Virus record (IMG/VR): IMGVR_UViG_3300025018_000253
Coordinates: 1 to 42,110 of that record
Direction: 5' to 3' (one strand)
DNA from: a virus
Taxonomy: Duplodnaviria; Caudoviricetes
DNA length: 42,110 bases
In this document: positions 18,286 through 28,712 of the stretch, in pieces
How the letters are laid out: the number at the start of each line of letters is the position of its first letter
Numbering within the stretch: position 1 is the stretch's first letter
Position numbers and translations under genes: made by a program
Notes under the pieces: generated by a model
What the model saw: only the letters and a program-made list of their open reading frames with translations
What the model was told of the DNA's origin: nothing
Databases searched by the model: none

Positions 18286-20070
18286 ATGGCTAATCCAATA
18301 TTAGATTCAATTAATAAAGCTAATGCAGGTAGAGTCCCTGCAACTGTGCCTTCTACTCCTGAGTTAGAGGAAGAAGGTGTTCCTGGGTCAGCGGCTATGC
18401 TTGCTATCCAAGATGCTATAGGTGTACAGTCTGACAGGATCTTACAGTTCATCCAGCAGATGCAACAAGATGCTGTAGATATAAGCAGCACTACAGGAGT
18501 TATCACATCTGCTATAGACTCTGCAGTTGATGCTAATCAGACAATTAATCTGGTAAAAGATACGGCTGCAATGGAAGCACAGAATAATACATTCAAGGCT
18601 TACGAAGCTGCTGGAGGCATTGAAGCACAGATTGCATATATGAAGCAGCTTAATATAGATAATGCGCGCCTGCGAGACTTGCAGGAAGAGAAGCTGGCTA
18701 CAATGTCTGAGGAATATACAGGCATTCAGCTGATTGATACTATCATTAACGGCTTCTCTTCTATTCAGACAGATGCTGAGATAGAAGCTGCAGCTAATCT
18801 CAGACAGACTACATTAAGTAATGTGCAAGCAGTGACTGCTGGTACAGAGTCTGTAGCTCAAGCACAGGAAGTGACTAAGCGCACCTATAATAGTGCCACC
18901 ATTCAAGCTAACTATGAAAGGTTAGCGGCAGAAAGTACACTAAAATCCGCAGAGGCTCATATAGCTAATATCGGAACTAATGCTAATGCTATGGCTAGAG
19001 TTCTTGACGCTGACAGCAAGCAGATTGCTGCGCTAAGTACTATCTACCGCATGGAAAATGAACAGGCTACTAACCCTACCGCTATCCCTGCAGCCATCGC
19101 CAGAAATGAAGAAGCTGTCAGGCAGCGAGATCAGAACTTAGCGTTAGAAGCTAATATAGTAAAGTCTGTGCAAGTAGCTGAGCAGCTAATTGGAGGTACT
19201 CTTAGCTCACCAGAAGTAATAATTAACTCCCTGCTAGGTACTGGAGTTACTGCCGCCACTCGCGCTAAGTATGAAAGATTACAGGAGTTAGGAAGCAGCA
19301 CTGATCCTGTTATAGGGCTTACTCCATTCGATACTGCTCAGAATTTGGCTTTAGTCGATCCTGCTAACAAGGCACGCCGCACTAAAGCTATCAAAGTAGT
19401 TGACAGAGTAATGCAGCTGCAAGCAGAAGCTTTCGCTGAGAATCCGACAACAGCCCCCAAGACAGAAGAAGCACTAAAGCAAGATTTCAATAATAGATCC
19501 GCTGATTTTATGAAAGATAGCGCTGATGCTATAAGAACAGGAGATACTTCTAATCCTTATCATGGCGCTCCTTTCTCTACCTTAGAGCAGTATGCGGCAG
19601 TAAAGAACTCAGCACTATATCAGAAAGTATTAAAAGGTACAGGCATTACTGAGCTTAATCCTATATTGCTTGTAGATAGAGCAGCAGCTGGAGTGAAAGC
19701 TAAATCAGTTACTCTTGAGCAGGCAGCAGCAGGCATAGCTGTGATCTTTGAAACAGCTAAAGTTAGAAACAATACAGAAGATGGAGGGTTTAGGAGAGCG
19801 GGGTTACCTAACCAAGAGACTTATAATGTCTCCATGTTAAGAGACCCTACAGCTTTTGAACTACTAAAGTCAGGCGCTGCAAGTATACCTCAATCGCCTT
19901 TTCTCTTAACTTCAGCTTTAACTGGTAATAAAGAAGGCTTTGCAAGAATGGTGTCAAAGCTCGGAGACAGACACGAAAAAGTAGACCTCTCAGATTACAC
20001 TGATGTTAGATTACACTTAGCTAAAAAACTAAGAGGCCAAGCACCTACACCTACACCACAGGCAGAATAA
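18286..20070 (+). CDS. Internal virion (ejection) protein, medium
   Basis: 594-aa Ala/Gln-rich helical protein with no Cys or Trp. Confidence 0.6.
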   Translation: MANPILDSINKANAGRVPATVPSTPELEEEGVPGSAAMLAIQDAIGVQSDRILQFIQQMQQDAVDISSTTGVITSAIDSAVDANQTINLVKDTAAMEAQNNTFKAYEAAGGIEAQIAYMKQLNIDNARLRDLQEEKLATMSEEYTGIQLIDTIINGFSSIQTDAEIEAAANLRQTTLSNVQAVTAGTESVAQAQEVTKRTYNSATIQANYERLAAESTLKSAEAHIANIGTNANAMARVLDADSKQIAALSTIYRMENEQATNPTAIPAAIARNEEAVRQRDQNLALEANIVKSVQVAEQLIGGTLSSPEVIINSLLGTGVTAATRAKYERLQELGSSTDPVIGLTPFDTAQNLALVDPANKARRTKAIKVVDRVMQLQAEAFAENPTTAPKTEEALKQDFNNRSADFMKDSADAIRTGDTSNPYHGAPFSTLEQYAAVKNSALYQKVLKGTGITELNPILLVDRAAAGVKAKSVTLEQAAAGIAVIFETAKVRNNTEDGGFRRAGLPNQETYNVSMLRDPTAFELLKSGAASIPQSPFLLTSALTGNKEGFARMVSKLGDRHEKVDLSDYTDVRLHLAKKLRGQAPTPTPQAE

Positions 20071-20073
20071 ACC

Positions 20074-23000
20074 ATGGCTACCCCCTCAGGTAATGAAGAT
20101 AAGAAGTTTCAATCAGCATATGCAGAAGCTCTAGCTAAGATTGAATCTGGCGAAGATCCTACAGGCGCATCTTCACCTAGCTATATGAAAGCGGCGGATA
20201 CACTTAATATAGCGAATGGAAATAAAACATTTGCTGAGTCTGCTTTTGAGACTGTAGAGAATATACCTAAGTTCATCGCTACCTCTCTCATCTCTGGAGC
20301 GAACCAGCTAATGAATATTCCGGCGGATATAGGTAACCTATTCGGCGGGGATTTTGAGCGTATAGATACACAGGAAGTAATAACAGATCTGGACTCTAAT
20401 CTGGGAGCTTTCTATGAAGAGAACAGAGAAGGCGCAGATCTTGTAGGGTTCATTGCCTCTTCATTAGTTCCTGGCGTAGGTGGCGTTAAGCTGTTAAACG
20501 CAGGACAGAAATCATTACAGATAGCTATCAGCGCAGGCCGCTTCGGCACAGGTACAAGTAAAGCGCTAGGTTTGCTGGTGCCTGACAAGCATAAGTTCAT
20601 AGACTTAGCTGTAAAAGAAGTAGCTACTAGCTCTTCCGCCGCAGGTCTCCTTAATCGTAATGCTCTTAAGGCTATGGGGGCTGGCTTAGGTCAGAATACT
20701 CTGGAAGCTCTTGCATTTGAAACAGCTGTAGTAGCTACCATGTTTAACTCCCCTATTCTAGAAGATATGGATATGGGAGATTTTATATCCAATGTCGCAT
20801 TCAGCGCAGGCGTAGTGGGTATTATAGGTGGCGCCTTAGATGCTGTGAAAATAAATTCAGCGCTTAAAGGTGCGGCGAATACAGCTGCTATTGAGGCGCG
20901 CCCTTGGACATTCATCGCTGAGCCTGCAGCTGTATCTAACAGTTATGAAAAACTAGTATTAGATTTCGAGCAGTTGCACACTATGCCTAAGGTACCTTCT
21001 ACATTTGAACCTGCCAGAAAGACCTTTCTAGAGGATGCAGCTAAGACTAAAACTAATCGTCTAGAGACAAGAATCCGCGGCGAGATGGGAATGCTCGCGG
21101 ATGGAGACCAGCCTCTAGCTGAGACCTTGTATCAGTCATTCAAAGCTGCAGATATTACTGCTAAGCAATCTGCATTTATAGGCCTAAGAGAAGTTACTCG
21201 CGCAACTGTAAAAGGCAAAGTAGCTAAGGAGTTTGAAAACTTACATAAGCGAGTTGTCAAAGGTGAAGCTTCTGTTGATGAGCTTACAGCGTATGCTGAC
21301 AGTAATATCAGTATAGGGTATACCCGTGCGTGGGGAGAGGATGCCGGCAGGGTTACCTTTGAAGCGCCTAAGATTACTAACTTAGTAGACACACTCAAGC
21401 CAGGACAGCGTATAGAAGTAGATACTAGAAAGGTAGTCGCAGGCAAGGAAACTTATAAGTTCGATACTCGCTTTAACCAAGGTAAGATATCACAGACAGG
21501 GTTAGCTAAGCCGTGGGATATTGTTAAGGCAAAGTCTCTAGAAGTAAACGCTAGATATATCTGGGCTAATAATTTACCTGCGTTTAAGCCTGCACCTAAT
21601 AATATTATCAAAGTACATGTAGATGATATTCCTCTAATGGAGAAGGTAGCATTAGAAGTGAAGCCGGAGGATCTAGCTTATGTACAGTTTAAAGGGTTAA
21701 AAGAAGGTGAAAGTATAGGTGCTAACTTTAATGATTTTCTAGCTGAGCGTAAGATTGCTGTAGCGCATAAGCTGCTAGAGAAGAGGAAAGATATAACTCA
21801 GGAAGAGATTGCAGCTCTTATCAATGTTAAGAACTCTATGCTGTCAGGAGAGCTAGCTATTGATTCAGTCAATAAATATGCTCCTTCTGATATCTTTGCT
21901 ATGCAAGATCATGCCGCTAAGTTTAATGAGAAGCTTCTAGCTCAAGGTTCTAGGAAGCTTAAGGACGCACCGATTAATATCTGGGATGTACCTCAGACTA
22001 TGAAACTAACATATGATTCCACGCCTTTTGAGGGGGTTAATAATTTCGTAGCTGAGAATATGGTCATCATTAAAGAGCAGCAGAAGTTGTATCAGGAAGG
22101 TACATCTAGAGCCGCTGCTTCTGTATTAGGTAATGACTATAATAAACTGCAGGATATATCTAGCGGGCGCGTATTCTCAGGTGCATTACCTACAGGCGCA
22201 GGCCCTGGACTAGCTTCTGCAGCCAGTGCTAACTACGGCACTTTAGCTTCTGCGGTAGAGAATATCGGCCGCGTAACAGCAGAAGTAATTGAGAAGTTTA
22301 AGAATAAAACTAGAGATTCTTTAGATCCTCTGTTGTATAAGCTATCTACAAACCAGGAAGCTACCATTGAATGGAGCGTCTTACAGCAAAGAGTGCGCGC
22401 TACCGCTGGTAACTACGGGTTAAATAAAGCAGGAGATGCTTTAGAACCTTTAGAAATTCTTAAGTGGAAAGCTGCTGCTGAGGAAGCAGTTGCCGCAGGT
22501 AAAGCCGCACCTAAACAGCCGCGCCTATCTAATCCAGATATGGAAAAGATAATACCTATAGTGCATAAGGAAACTAGAGATCTAATCAAAGCTCACATAG
22601 AACTTAACGGAGAGAGAACTAGTAAGCTTGCAGGTATAAGGACAGCTCAAGGAGCTAAGTTTAGTAGAGATCCTGCTACCTTCTATCCTATACCTGTGAA
22701 CCCTAGAGACTATAAACATTTCGCATTAGTCTCAGATGATAGTATTACCAGCGGCAACCACCATAAAACTCTCTTCGCTAATACTGAGGAAGAGCTAGCT
22801 ACTATGGTGTCTAAGCTAAAGCGCAATCCTCACCTGACAGTAAGAACTAAGAAGGAAGCTGAGGATTACTTTAGATCTCGTGGTGAGTGGGACTATGAAA
22901 AAACTTTAGGGGATAATTATCTAGATACAGAGCTTAAAAGAAGGGGTGTATCTTCTCCTATCATTGTATCTACAGACCCTAAGAAAGTAACAAGCGATCT

Positions 23001-25062
23001 TCTTGACTGGCACATGCAGCGGGAGACAGGCTTAGTAAGGGAAGCTGTTACTGCTAAGTATGAAGTACAGTTTGAAGAGCTGTACCGCTTAGGTGAAGAA
23101 TCTACCAATATAGCTACATCTACATTCTCTAGCAGAAGTATGCTTAAGTATGCTGATGACGTTGTTAAGAATCCGTATGTGGATTATATTAAAACTGCAC
23201 TAGCTATCAGACCTAATAGCGATTATCCTTTCTGGGTTAATGTTAATAGAATGGCAGATCAAGCGTTAGATAAGGTGTTAAATAAAGCTGCCTCTATTGT
23301 GGAGAAAGCTAAGACTGATGAAGAGCTGGCTGAGGTAAATAGGTTGCTGGAGAAAGCAGGATATAAAGGCGCAGCGTATGATGCAGACATGGAGATCTTT
23401 GCTAATGCGCGGCCGATTAGTGGATCGCTTACTTCTATAGTCCAGAAAGCTAACAGTATTTTAGCGACTGTAGTTTTACGGCTGGATACTCTAAATGCTG
23501 TGAATAATGCGGTCTCTGCTAATGTACTTCTCGGAGCAGAAACTAAGGCTATAATCCGCGCCATTGAAAGAGGAGATGAAAAGGCAGTAGGTGAGCTAGC
23601 AGGCTTAATGAAGATTAAAGTGCCAGGTACTGATAAACTCATCAAAGCACCTAGTAAGTTAATAGCTAACTCTATTAAGAAGTTTAATCTTCTAGATCCT
23701 AAGTCCTCTCCTGACTATGCTTTCTTTAAAGAGAAGGGGTACCTTACTTCTATCAGTGATCAGTATCGCAACACTCTTAACAATCTCACCTTTGATCCTA
23801 AGACAGGGGCGGACGCATGGAAGAAGAGAGTTGATAGCGCGCACGATAGCTTAAGGAAACTTGCGGATAAAGGGGAAAAATGGACAGGTAATAGTCTAGC
23901 CGAGGAGTTTAACCGCTTCGTTGCTGCTGATGTAATGAAGCAGATATCAGATGTAGCAGTTAAGAACGGTTTGATATCAGGTAAAGAGCAGCTCGCTTAT
24001 ATTAATACCTTTGTAAATAGGACACAAGGTAACTATATGGCAGCTCAGAGACCTATGATGTTTCAGGGGCCGATAGGTCAAGCTATTGGTTTATTCCAAA
24101 CCTATCAGTTTAACTTAATACAGCAGATGCTGCGCCATGTAGGCGAAGGTCACAGTAAGGATGCTATGACACTACTAGCGCTGCAAGGAACTATTCACGG
24201 CATGAACGGCTTACCTGCATTCAATGCTATTAATACTCATCTTGTAGGTACAGCTTCTGGTAATAAAGATCACAAGGATGCTTACGATGCAGTATATGGA
24301 ACATTAGGTAAGGAAGGTGGCGACTGGCTTATGTACGGTATGGCTTCTAATGCGCTAGGTTTAATAGATCCGGAGCTTAAGATTAACTTATATACTCGCG
24401 GCGATATTAACCCGAAGCATCTAACTATAGTACCTACTGACCCTAGTCAGGTCGCTATAGTACAGGCAGCTGGAAAGGTAATGGCTAATCTATTCGAGAC
24501 AGCTGAGAAGCTAGGGGCGGGAGGAGATGTATCTAATATCTTATTGCAAGGTATAGAGCATAACGGAATCAGTAGACCTCTAGCTGGCTTAGCTCAAGTC
24601 ATGCAAGGTTTAGATAATCCGCAGGCGGCCAGTTATAGTACCTCTAAACAAGGTAATGTAATAGCTACTAATGATCTCTTAAGTTTAACTAATTTAGGCC
24701 GCTTAGTTGGAGGTAAGCCGCTCGATGAAGCTGTTGCTTTGGATGCTACTTTTAGATTTAAGGCTTATGGATTAGGTGATGCTAAGAAGAGGGCTGTACT
24801 AGGGGAGGCTATTAAGAGTACGATGCTCGCAGGCGGAGATCCTAGTGCAGAGCAGATAGAGAACTTTGCGCAGAAATATGCGGAGAGCGGAGGTAGACAA
24901 GAGGAGTTTAATGGCTGGATGACTCAGCTATATAAGACAGCTAATACCTCTCAAGCTAAGAAGATACAGCGGTCTCTAACTGATCCTTTCAGTCAGTCAA
25001 TGCAACGATTAATGGGAGGGGCTGATGCAGGTATAGGTGACTTTAATGATCTTATACCGTAA
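20074..25062 (+). CDS. Large internal virion (ejection) protein
   Basis: 1662 aa, helical and Cys-free, with Gly-rich hydrophobic N-terminal segments and a C-terminal GLFQTYQFN segment; last gene of the + arm. No RNA polymerase or lysozyme motif recognised. Confidence 0.7.
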   Translation: MATPSGNEDKKFQSAYAEALAKIESGEDPTGASSPSYMKAADTLNIANGNKTFAESAFETVENIPKFIATSLISGANQLMNIPADIGNLFGGDFERIDTQEVITDLDSNLGAFYEENREGADLVGFIASSLVPGVGGVKLLNAGQKSLQIAISAGRFGTGTSKALGLLVPDKHKFIDLAVKEVATSSSAAGLLNRNALKAMGAGLGQNTLEALAFETAVVATMFNSPILEDMDMGDFISNVAFSAGVVGIIGGALDAVKINSALKGAANTAAIEARPWTFIAEPAAVSNSYEKLVLDFEQLHTMPKVPSTFEPARKTFLEDAAKTKTNRLETRIRGEMGMLADGDQPLAETLYQSFKAADITAKQSAFIGLREVTRATVKGKVAKEFENLHKRVVKGEASVDELTAYADSNISIGYTRAWGEDAGRVTFEAPKITNLVDTLKPGQRIEVDTRKVVAGKETYKFDTRFNQGKISQTGLAKPWDIVKAKSLEVNARYIWANNLPAFKPAPNNIIKVHVDDIPLMEKVALEVKPEDLAYVQFKGLKEGESIGANFNDFLAERKIAVAHKLLEKRKDITQEEIAALINVKNSMLSGELAIDSVNKYAPSDIFAMQDHAAKFNEKLLAQGSRKLKDAPINIWDVPQTMKLTYDSTPFEGVNNFVAENMVIIKEQQKLYQEGTSRAAASVLGNDYNKLQDISSGRVFSGALPTGAGPGLASAASANYGTLASAVENIGRVTAEVIEKFKNKTRDSLDPLLYKLSTNQEATIEWSVLQQRVRATAGNYGLNKAGDALEPLEILKWKAAAEEAVAAGKAAPKQPRLSNPDMEKIIPIVHKETRDLIKAHIELNGERTSKLAGIRTAQGAKFSRDPATFYPIPVNPRDYKHFALVSDDSITSGNHHKTLFANTEEELATMVSKLKRNPHLTVRTKKEAEDYFRSRGEWDYEKTLGDNYLDTELKRRGVSSPIIVSTDPKKVTSDLLDWHMQRETGLVREAVTAKYEVQFEELYRLGEESTNIATSTFSSRSMLKYADDVVKNPYVDYIKTALAIRPNSDYPFWVNVNRMADQALDKVLNKAASIVEKAKTDEELAEVNRLLEKAGYKGAAYDADMEIFANARPISGSLTSIVQKANSILATVVLRLDTLNAVNNAVSANVLLGAETKAIIRAIERGDEKAVGELAGLMKIKVPGTDKLIKAPSKLIANSIKKFNLLDPKSSPDYAFFKEKGYLTSISDQYRNTLNNLTFDPKTGADAWKKRVDSAHDSLRKLADKGEKWTGNSLAEEFNRFVAADVMKQISDVAVKNGLISGKEQLAYINTFVNRTQGNYMAAQRPMMFQGPIGQAIGLFQTYQFNLIQQMLRHVGEGHSKDAMTLLALQGTIHGMNGLPAFNAINTHLVGTASGNKDHKDAYDAVYGTLGKEGGDWLMYGMASNALGLIDPELKINLYTRGDINPKHLTIVPTDPSQVAIVQAAGKVMANLFETAEKLGAGGDVSNILLQGIEHNGISRPLAGLAQVMQGLDNPQAASYSTSKQGNVIATNDLLSLTNLGRLVGGKPLDEAVALDATFRFKAYGLGDAKKRAVLGEAIKSTMLAGGDPSAEQIENFAQKYAESGGRQEEFNGWMTQLYKTANTSQAKKIQRSLTDPFSQSMQRLMGGADAGIGDFNDLIP

Positions 25063-25078
25063 TCTTTTCTTCCAGTCC

Positions 25079-25846
25079 CTACTCTTTCTTATGAGCTAAC
25101 ATCTGCTCTAAATCAATAGCGGCGTGGCGTACAGCATATCCTAAAGCCTGTAAGGTACTATTGTTTAGTATCTTATAGTCATTATGCAGTACGGATACGC
25201 CGCTTTCTGATATGTGGTCAGATTCCTTAATAGCTTCCTGCCCTTGCCTCTCTACATGAATTAGTACCCCCCTCTCCCTTACAAAGTTAGCTTCATTCTC
25301 AAAGCGTACATCTGTTATGATTACTAACCTAGATCTTTTCAGTCTCTGCTCTGCTATCAGTACCCACAGATCTGAATGAACTAACTCCCTTCCCCATTCA
25401 GTACCTAAGGTTTGAGCTAGCTTACGGTAGTTGCAGCCGTATAGTTCAACCGCCTCTGTATCATCCTTATCCTTTAGCTGTAAGCCTACATCTAACATCT
25501 GCTTAAGCGGCGTAGCGAAAGAATAAGTCTCAACATTTCTGAATTCCTGTGTCGCTTGTAGTAAGGCTGCTACAGTATCTTTACCTGAGCGCGCCTTACC
25601 GGTTAATCCTATTACTAAAGGTCGCTGGCTAAGGCAGCTAGATTCTTTGTCAGCTTTCACTCCCCAGAAAAGTAAATCTTCTGGGTTAGCTTCTCTAAAT
25701 CTAGAGCCTCTAAACCTGTATACGGAGCCTTGCAGGTAGATAAAATCTGCGCCCCATACACTATCAACGATATAGACGTTCCCTAGTATCAAATTTTGAC
25801 ATGGGTTAATACATACTACGCGATCACCTCTTTTAAATTCGTTCAT
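25079..25846 (-). CDS. Deoxynucleoside monophosphate kinase with an extra N-terminal domain
   Basis: GLTGKARSGKDT, FATPLK, QTLGTEWGR, ITDVRFENE and HISE motifs; AGGAG Shine-Dalgarno. Confidence 0.88.
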   Translation of the reverse strand: MNEFKRGDRVVCINPCQNLILGNVYIVDSVWGADFIYLQGSVYRFRGSRFREANPEDLLFWGVKADKESSCLSQRPLVIGLTGKARSGKDTVAALLQATQEFRNVETYSFATPLKQMLDVGLQLKDKDDTEAVELYGCNYRKLAQTLGTEWGRELVHSDLWVLIAEQRLKRSRLVIITDVRFENEANFVRERGVLIHVERQGQEAIKESDHISESGVSVLHNDYKILNNSTLQALGYAVRHAAIDLEQMLAHKKE

Positions 25847-25916
25847 ATCTTGTTTCTCCTAGTTTACATTAGTTTATGTTAGCTGCTGCAAAAAGACGCA
25901 GCCGCAAAATGCAGGG

Positions 25917-26180
25917 TTAGTGCACCTTCACTGAGTCCGGTAATATAATTATCTGCCTCTTAGCTTTCAGCTTCTCAATCAGTATCTTACATAGATGATC
26001 TACCTCCTGAGATAGGTAATCTCCGTGCACCATAACATCACAGTAAGATGCTATCTCTGCTACCTGCATTTCAAACTCATTAGGGTCATAGGTAGAGAGA
26101 AGCTCTAGCAGTTTCGGATGGTGCCTAGTCTCTCTACCTAGTTCGATTCTTACTTCTGGAAACATTATCTGTTTAGTCAT
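25917..26180 (-). CDS. Hypothetical protein
   Basis: ATGA overlap with the upstream gene; AAGGAG Shine-Dalgarno. Confidence 0.75.
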   Translation of the reverse strand: MTKQIMFPEVRIELGRETRHHPKLLELLSTYDPNEFEMQVAEIASYCDVMVHGDYLSQEVDHLCKILIEKLKAKRQIIILPDSVKVH

Positions 26181-27175
26181 GAGGTTTGCTCTCCTTCATC
26201 GCCTGCGCCAAGAATCAGGCTTTCATGTATCTCTTTACTTACAGTAAAACCTGCCGCATTCTTATGTCCGCCGCCGCCGTGCATCTTAGCTATCGTTGAT
26301 ACATCTACATCACCTATAGAGCGCAAGCTCCAAGTGTAAGTAGCGGCTTCTGGTGTATAGCTATAGCTGCTACCTATAGCTATACATCCAAACTTCTGAT
26401 TAATCTCAGCTAGTCTATGGCCTACATCAGAGACCAAGGACTTATCATCGCACTCCACAGTAAAGATAAGGCCTTCCTCTATACTGATAGTAAACTTCTT
26501 TGCTACTACATCCGCTACCTTCTTATCATGCTCAGCTTGTAGCTTCTTACCTACAGCTAGCATATCTTTCAGGCAAGCAATACTACTTTCCGCGTTGCTT
26601 ACTTCCCTCATCCACACCCTAACATCTAGCGGCAATGCTTGCAGATACTTATTCATATATCTGGTATCGTCACGAAAGTCATATAGCCACAGATCGTAAT
26701 CTTGCACATAGCGTACTAATGCAGGCGCAGGCACATCAGGATGAAAATAGCGCCAAGCAATACCGGCGCCACTTAACATATTATCAAGAACAATAGCAAC
26801 TCCGTGTAAGGAAGTATTCGCATAGCTGGTAGATGTGAATATGAAATTAGGAAAGTACTTTTCAAATGCAGTCTTATGGTGATCTAATAATGTAACCTTA
26901 GTATTACCTAAGCTGCCTAATTCTTTCAGCGTATCTACACTAACAGAGAAATCTAAGATATAAATCTCTGCATAATCTATCACTCCAGCTTCTAGTAATA
27001 AAGCAGATTCGCTTTCAGGTGTGTAGTGCATAGGCACCAGTGTGTACCCAAAATCTCTCAGCCCCATAAAATCTGCCGCTATCGTTGCTGCCATGAAACC
27101 ATCAATACAGTTAGCGTGATAAGCTATCAGCGCCATCGGTTTAATTACTGGTGTAGCTATCTTTGTATTACTCAT
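26177..27175 (-). CDS. DHH/DHHA1 phosphoesterase (nanoRNase-like)
   Basis: YHANCIDG, LDFS, LDHH, QDYDLW, WSLRS and GGGHKNAAG motifs. Confidence 0.9.
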   Translation of the reverse strand: MSNTKIATPVIKPMALIAYHANCIDGFMAATIAADFMGLRDFGYTLVPMHYTPESESALLLEAGVIDYAEIYILDFSVSVDTLKELGSLGNTKVTLLDHHKTAFEKYFPNFIFTSTSYANTSLHGVAIVLDNMLSGAGIAWRYFHPDVPAPALVRYVQDYDLWLYDFRDDTRYMNKYLQALPLDVRVWMREVSNAESSIACLKDMLAVGKKLQAEHDKKVADVVAKKFTISIEEGLIFTVECDDKSLVSDVGHRLAEINQKFGCIAIGSSYSYTPEAATYTWSLRSIGDVDVSTIAKMHGGGGHKNAAGFTVSKEIHESLILGAGDEGEQTS

Positions 27176-28476
27176 AATAATCCCCTTTCGGATTCAGTTA
27201 AATATTTATCCCAGTTTACTGCTCCTGAGATACCTTCTTCTCTTACCTTCTTAACAGGGAGATAAGCACCTCCTGTTACTACTTGTATCTTTTCAGCTAC
27301 CAGCAGATTGTTAATAATCTCTACTAGCTGATTCCTATTATCCAGATCAGTATGTACCAATTTCCATATACCTTGCACATCTAATGCTTTGTGGGTCGCA
27401 TCTAATGCAGTCATTACCTTATGAGTAATCTCCGCGTGCTTAGCTTTACCAAACTCCCCTAGAGCTTTCGGCATTAGCTGCTCTGTAAAAGACAGTAATG
27501 TATTAGCATGGATTACATCCTCCTTAGTTATCTCCTTCCCTACTCTAGACGCTGTAATTACTAAACAGAGTTTAAGCAGGTGAGTGAGGCGGCGATTAGT
27601 ATAGTGCTCGAAGCGGATATCATCTATACCTTTCCAAGATTTATAGACCTTATCTAACAATACCATACCTTCCTCTGTCATCTTAAGCTCTCCCATAACT
27701 TCTGCCTTTATCCTATGCAGTAATGCTATAAGTTCTGCCTGTATATTAATATCAGGTAAAGGCGGGAATGTATACTTCACACCTGACGGCTCTCCATAAA
27801 CTAGTAACAGTCTAGAGAAGAAGCCTTGACCTATTGACTCAGTAGGGAAAGCCTGAGAGAAGCCCGTAGGGGTATTACCTCCTAAGATAGTTATGGTAGG
27901 GTTAGGTATATAGACTGACTTAGAGTTCTTAAGTTTGTAATCATACACGCCTTCGTAATCCCATAGCTCTCCTAGTATAGATACGAAATCTAGGTTGCCT
28001 AAACCTATGAAGTTATTAAACTCATCTGCGGCTATGAAACATTCGGCGGGAGTCTTATGAATATAGCTGTCGCTATTATCTATACTGTCTCCCCACAGAT
28101 TCTGATCTAGCACATCGAAACCTAAGGCTTCTAGGCCGCTGCCATCTAATCTCTCTGACTGTTCTGCTAGATCTAGTAGGAACTTCTCTTGTCTAGTTTT
28201 CTTAGCTGCAAAGGTACTATACCCTGCTTGCTTAATTAACTTAGCGCCTATCTTAATAGCTGATGACTTCTTAGTTCCTGGAGATCCTATCAGCATTGTG
28301 TATAAGTTAGGGTAAAGAGTAAAGTGCCCATGATTGAAGAATATATTTCTTCCTAGATAAGCAGACAGAGAAGTAACAGCACACCAGCGATGAAAGAATG
28401 TAGGACATTCAGTATGCTTAGTGTACTTTAGATATAGAGAGATAAAATCAGAAGAGGTTTTATCTTCTTCTATCAT
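27172..28476 (-). CDS. DUF3987-like AAA+ ATPase (putative replicative helicase) with a possible C-terminal winged helix
   Basis: LIGSPGTKKSSAI Walker A variant, AADEF Walker B, GFFSRLLLV arginine finger; same operon as the polymerase. Confidence 0.7.
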   Translation of the reverse strand: MIEEDKTSSDFISLYLKYTKHTECPTFFHRWCAVTSLSAYLGRNIFFNHGHFTLYPNLYTMLIGSPGTKKSSAIKIGAKLIKQAGYSTFAAKKTRQEKFLLDLAEQSERLDGSGLEALGFDVLDQNLWGDSIDNSDSYIHKTPAECFIAADEFNNFIGLGNLDFVSILGELWDYEGVYDYKLKNSKSVYIPNPTITILGGNTPTGFSQAFPTESIGQGFFSRLLLVYGEPSGVKYTFPPLPDINIQAELIALLHRIKAEVMGELKMTEEGMVLLDKVYKSWKGIDDIRFEHYTNRRLTHLLKLCLVITASRVGKEITKEDVIHANTLLSFTEQLMPKALGEFGKAKHAEITHKVMTALDATHKALDVQGIWKLVHTDLDNRNQLVEIINNLLVAEKIQVVTGGAYLPVKKVREEGISGAVNWDKYLTESERGLL

Positions 28477-28712
28477 AAGTCTATATCCTTATGGCTTGCT
28501 ATAGTAGGGATATCCGCTACACCATAAGCATTAGATTGTAAGACTCTAGCAATGTTAAATAGAGCTACTGATCTATTGCTTAGTGCTATCAGCTCATCAG
28601 CAGTAAACGCTACCTCTGTCGGCCGCTCTCCATCTATCTTCAAACCTCTCATCTTATCTAGGTCTGCTATCTGTATCGTCCTATACTTTCCTGTCTGGGT
28701 TAGTAGTTTCAT
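28473..28712 (-). CDS. Hypothetical 79-aa protein with a terminase-like peptide
   Basis: Start/stop overlaps with both neighbours; GGAG Shine-Dalgarno. Confidence 0.75.
   Translation of the reverse strand: MKLLTQTGKYRTIQIADLDKMRGLKIDGERPTEVAFTADELIALSNRSVALFNIARVLQSNAYGVADIPTIASHKDIDL

Noticed and set aside
20074-25062. Virion RNA polymerase (N4-like)
   Set aside because: About half the size of N4 vRNAP and no polymerase motifs recognised; fits a generic large ejection protein.
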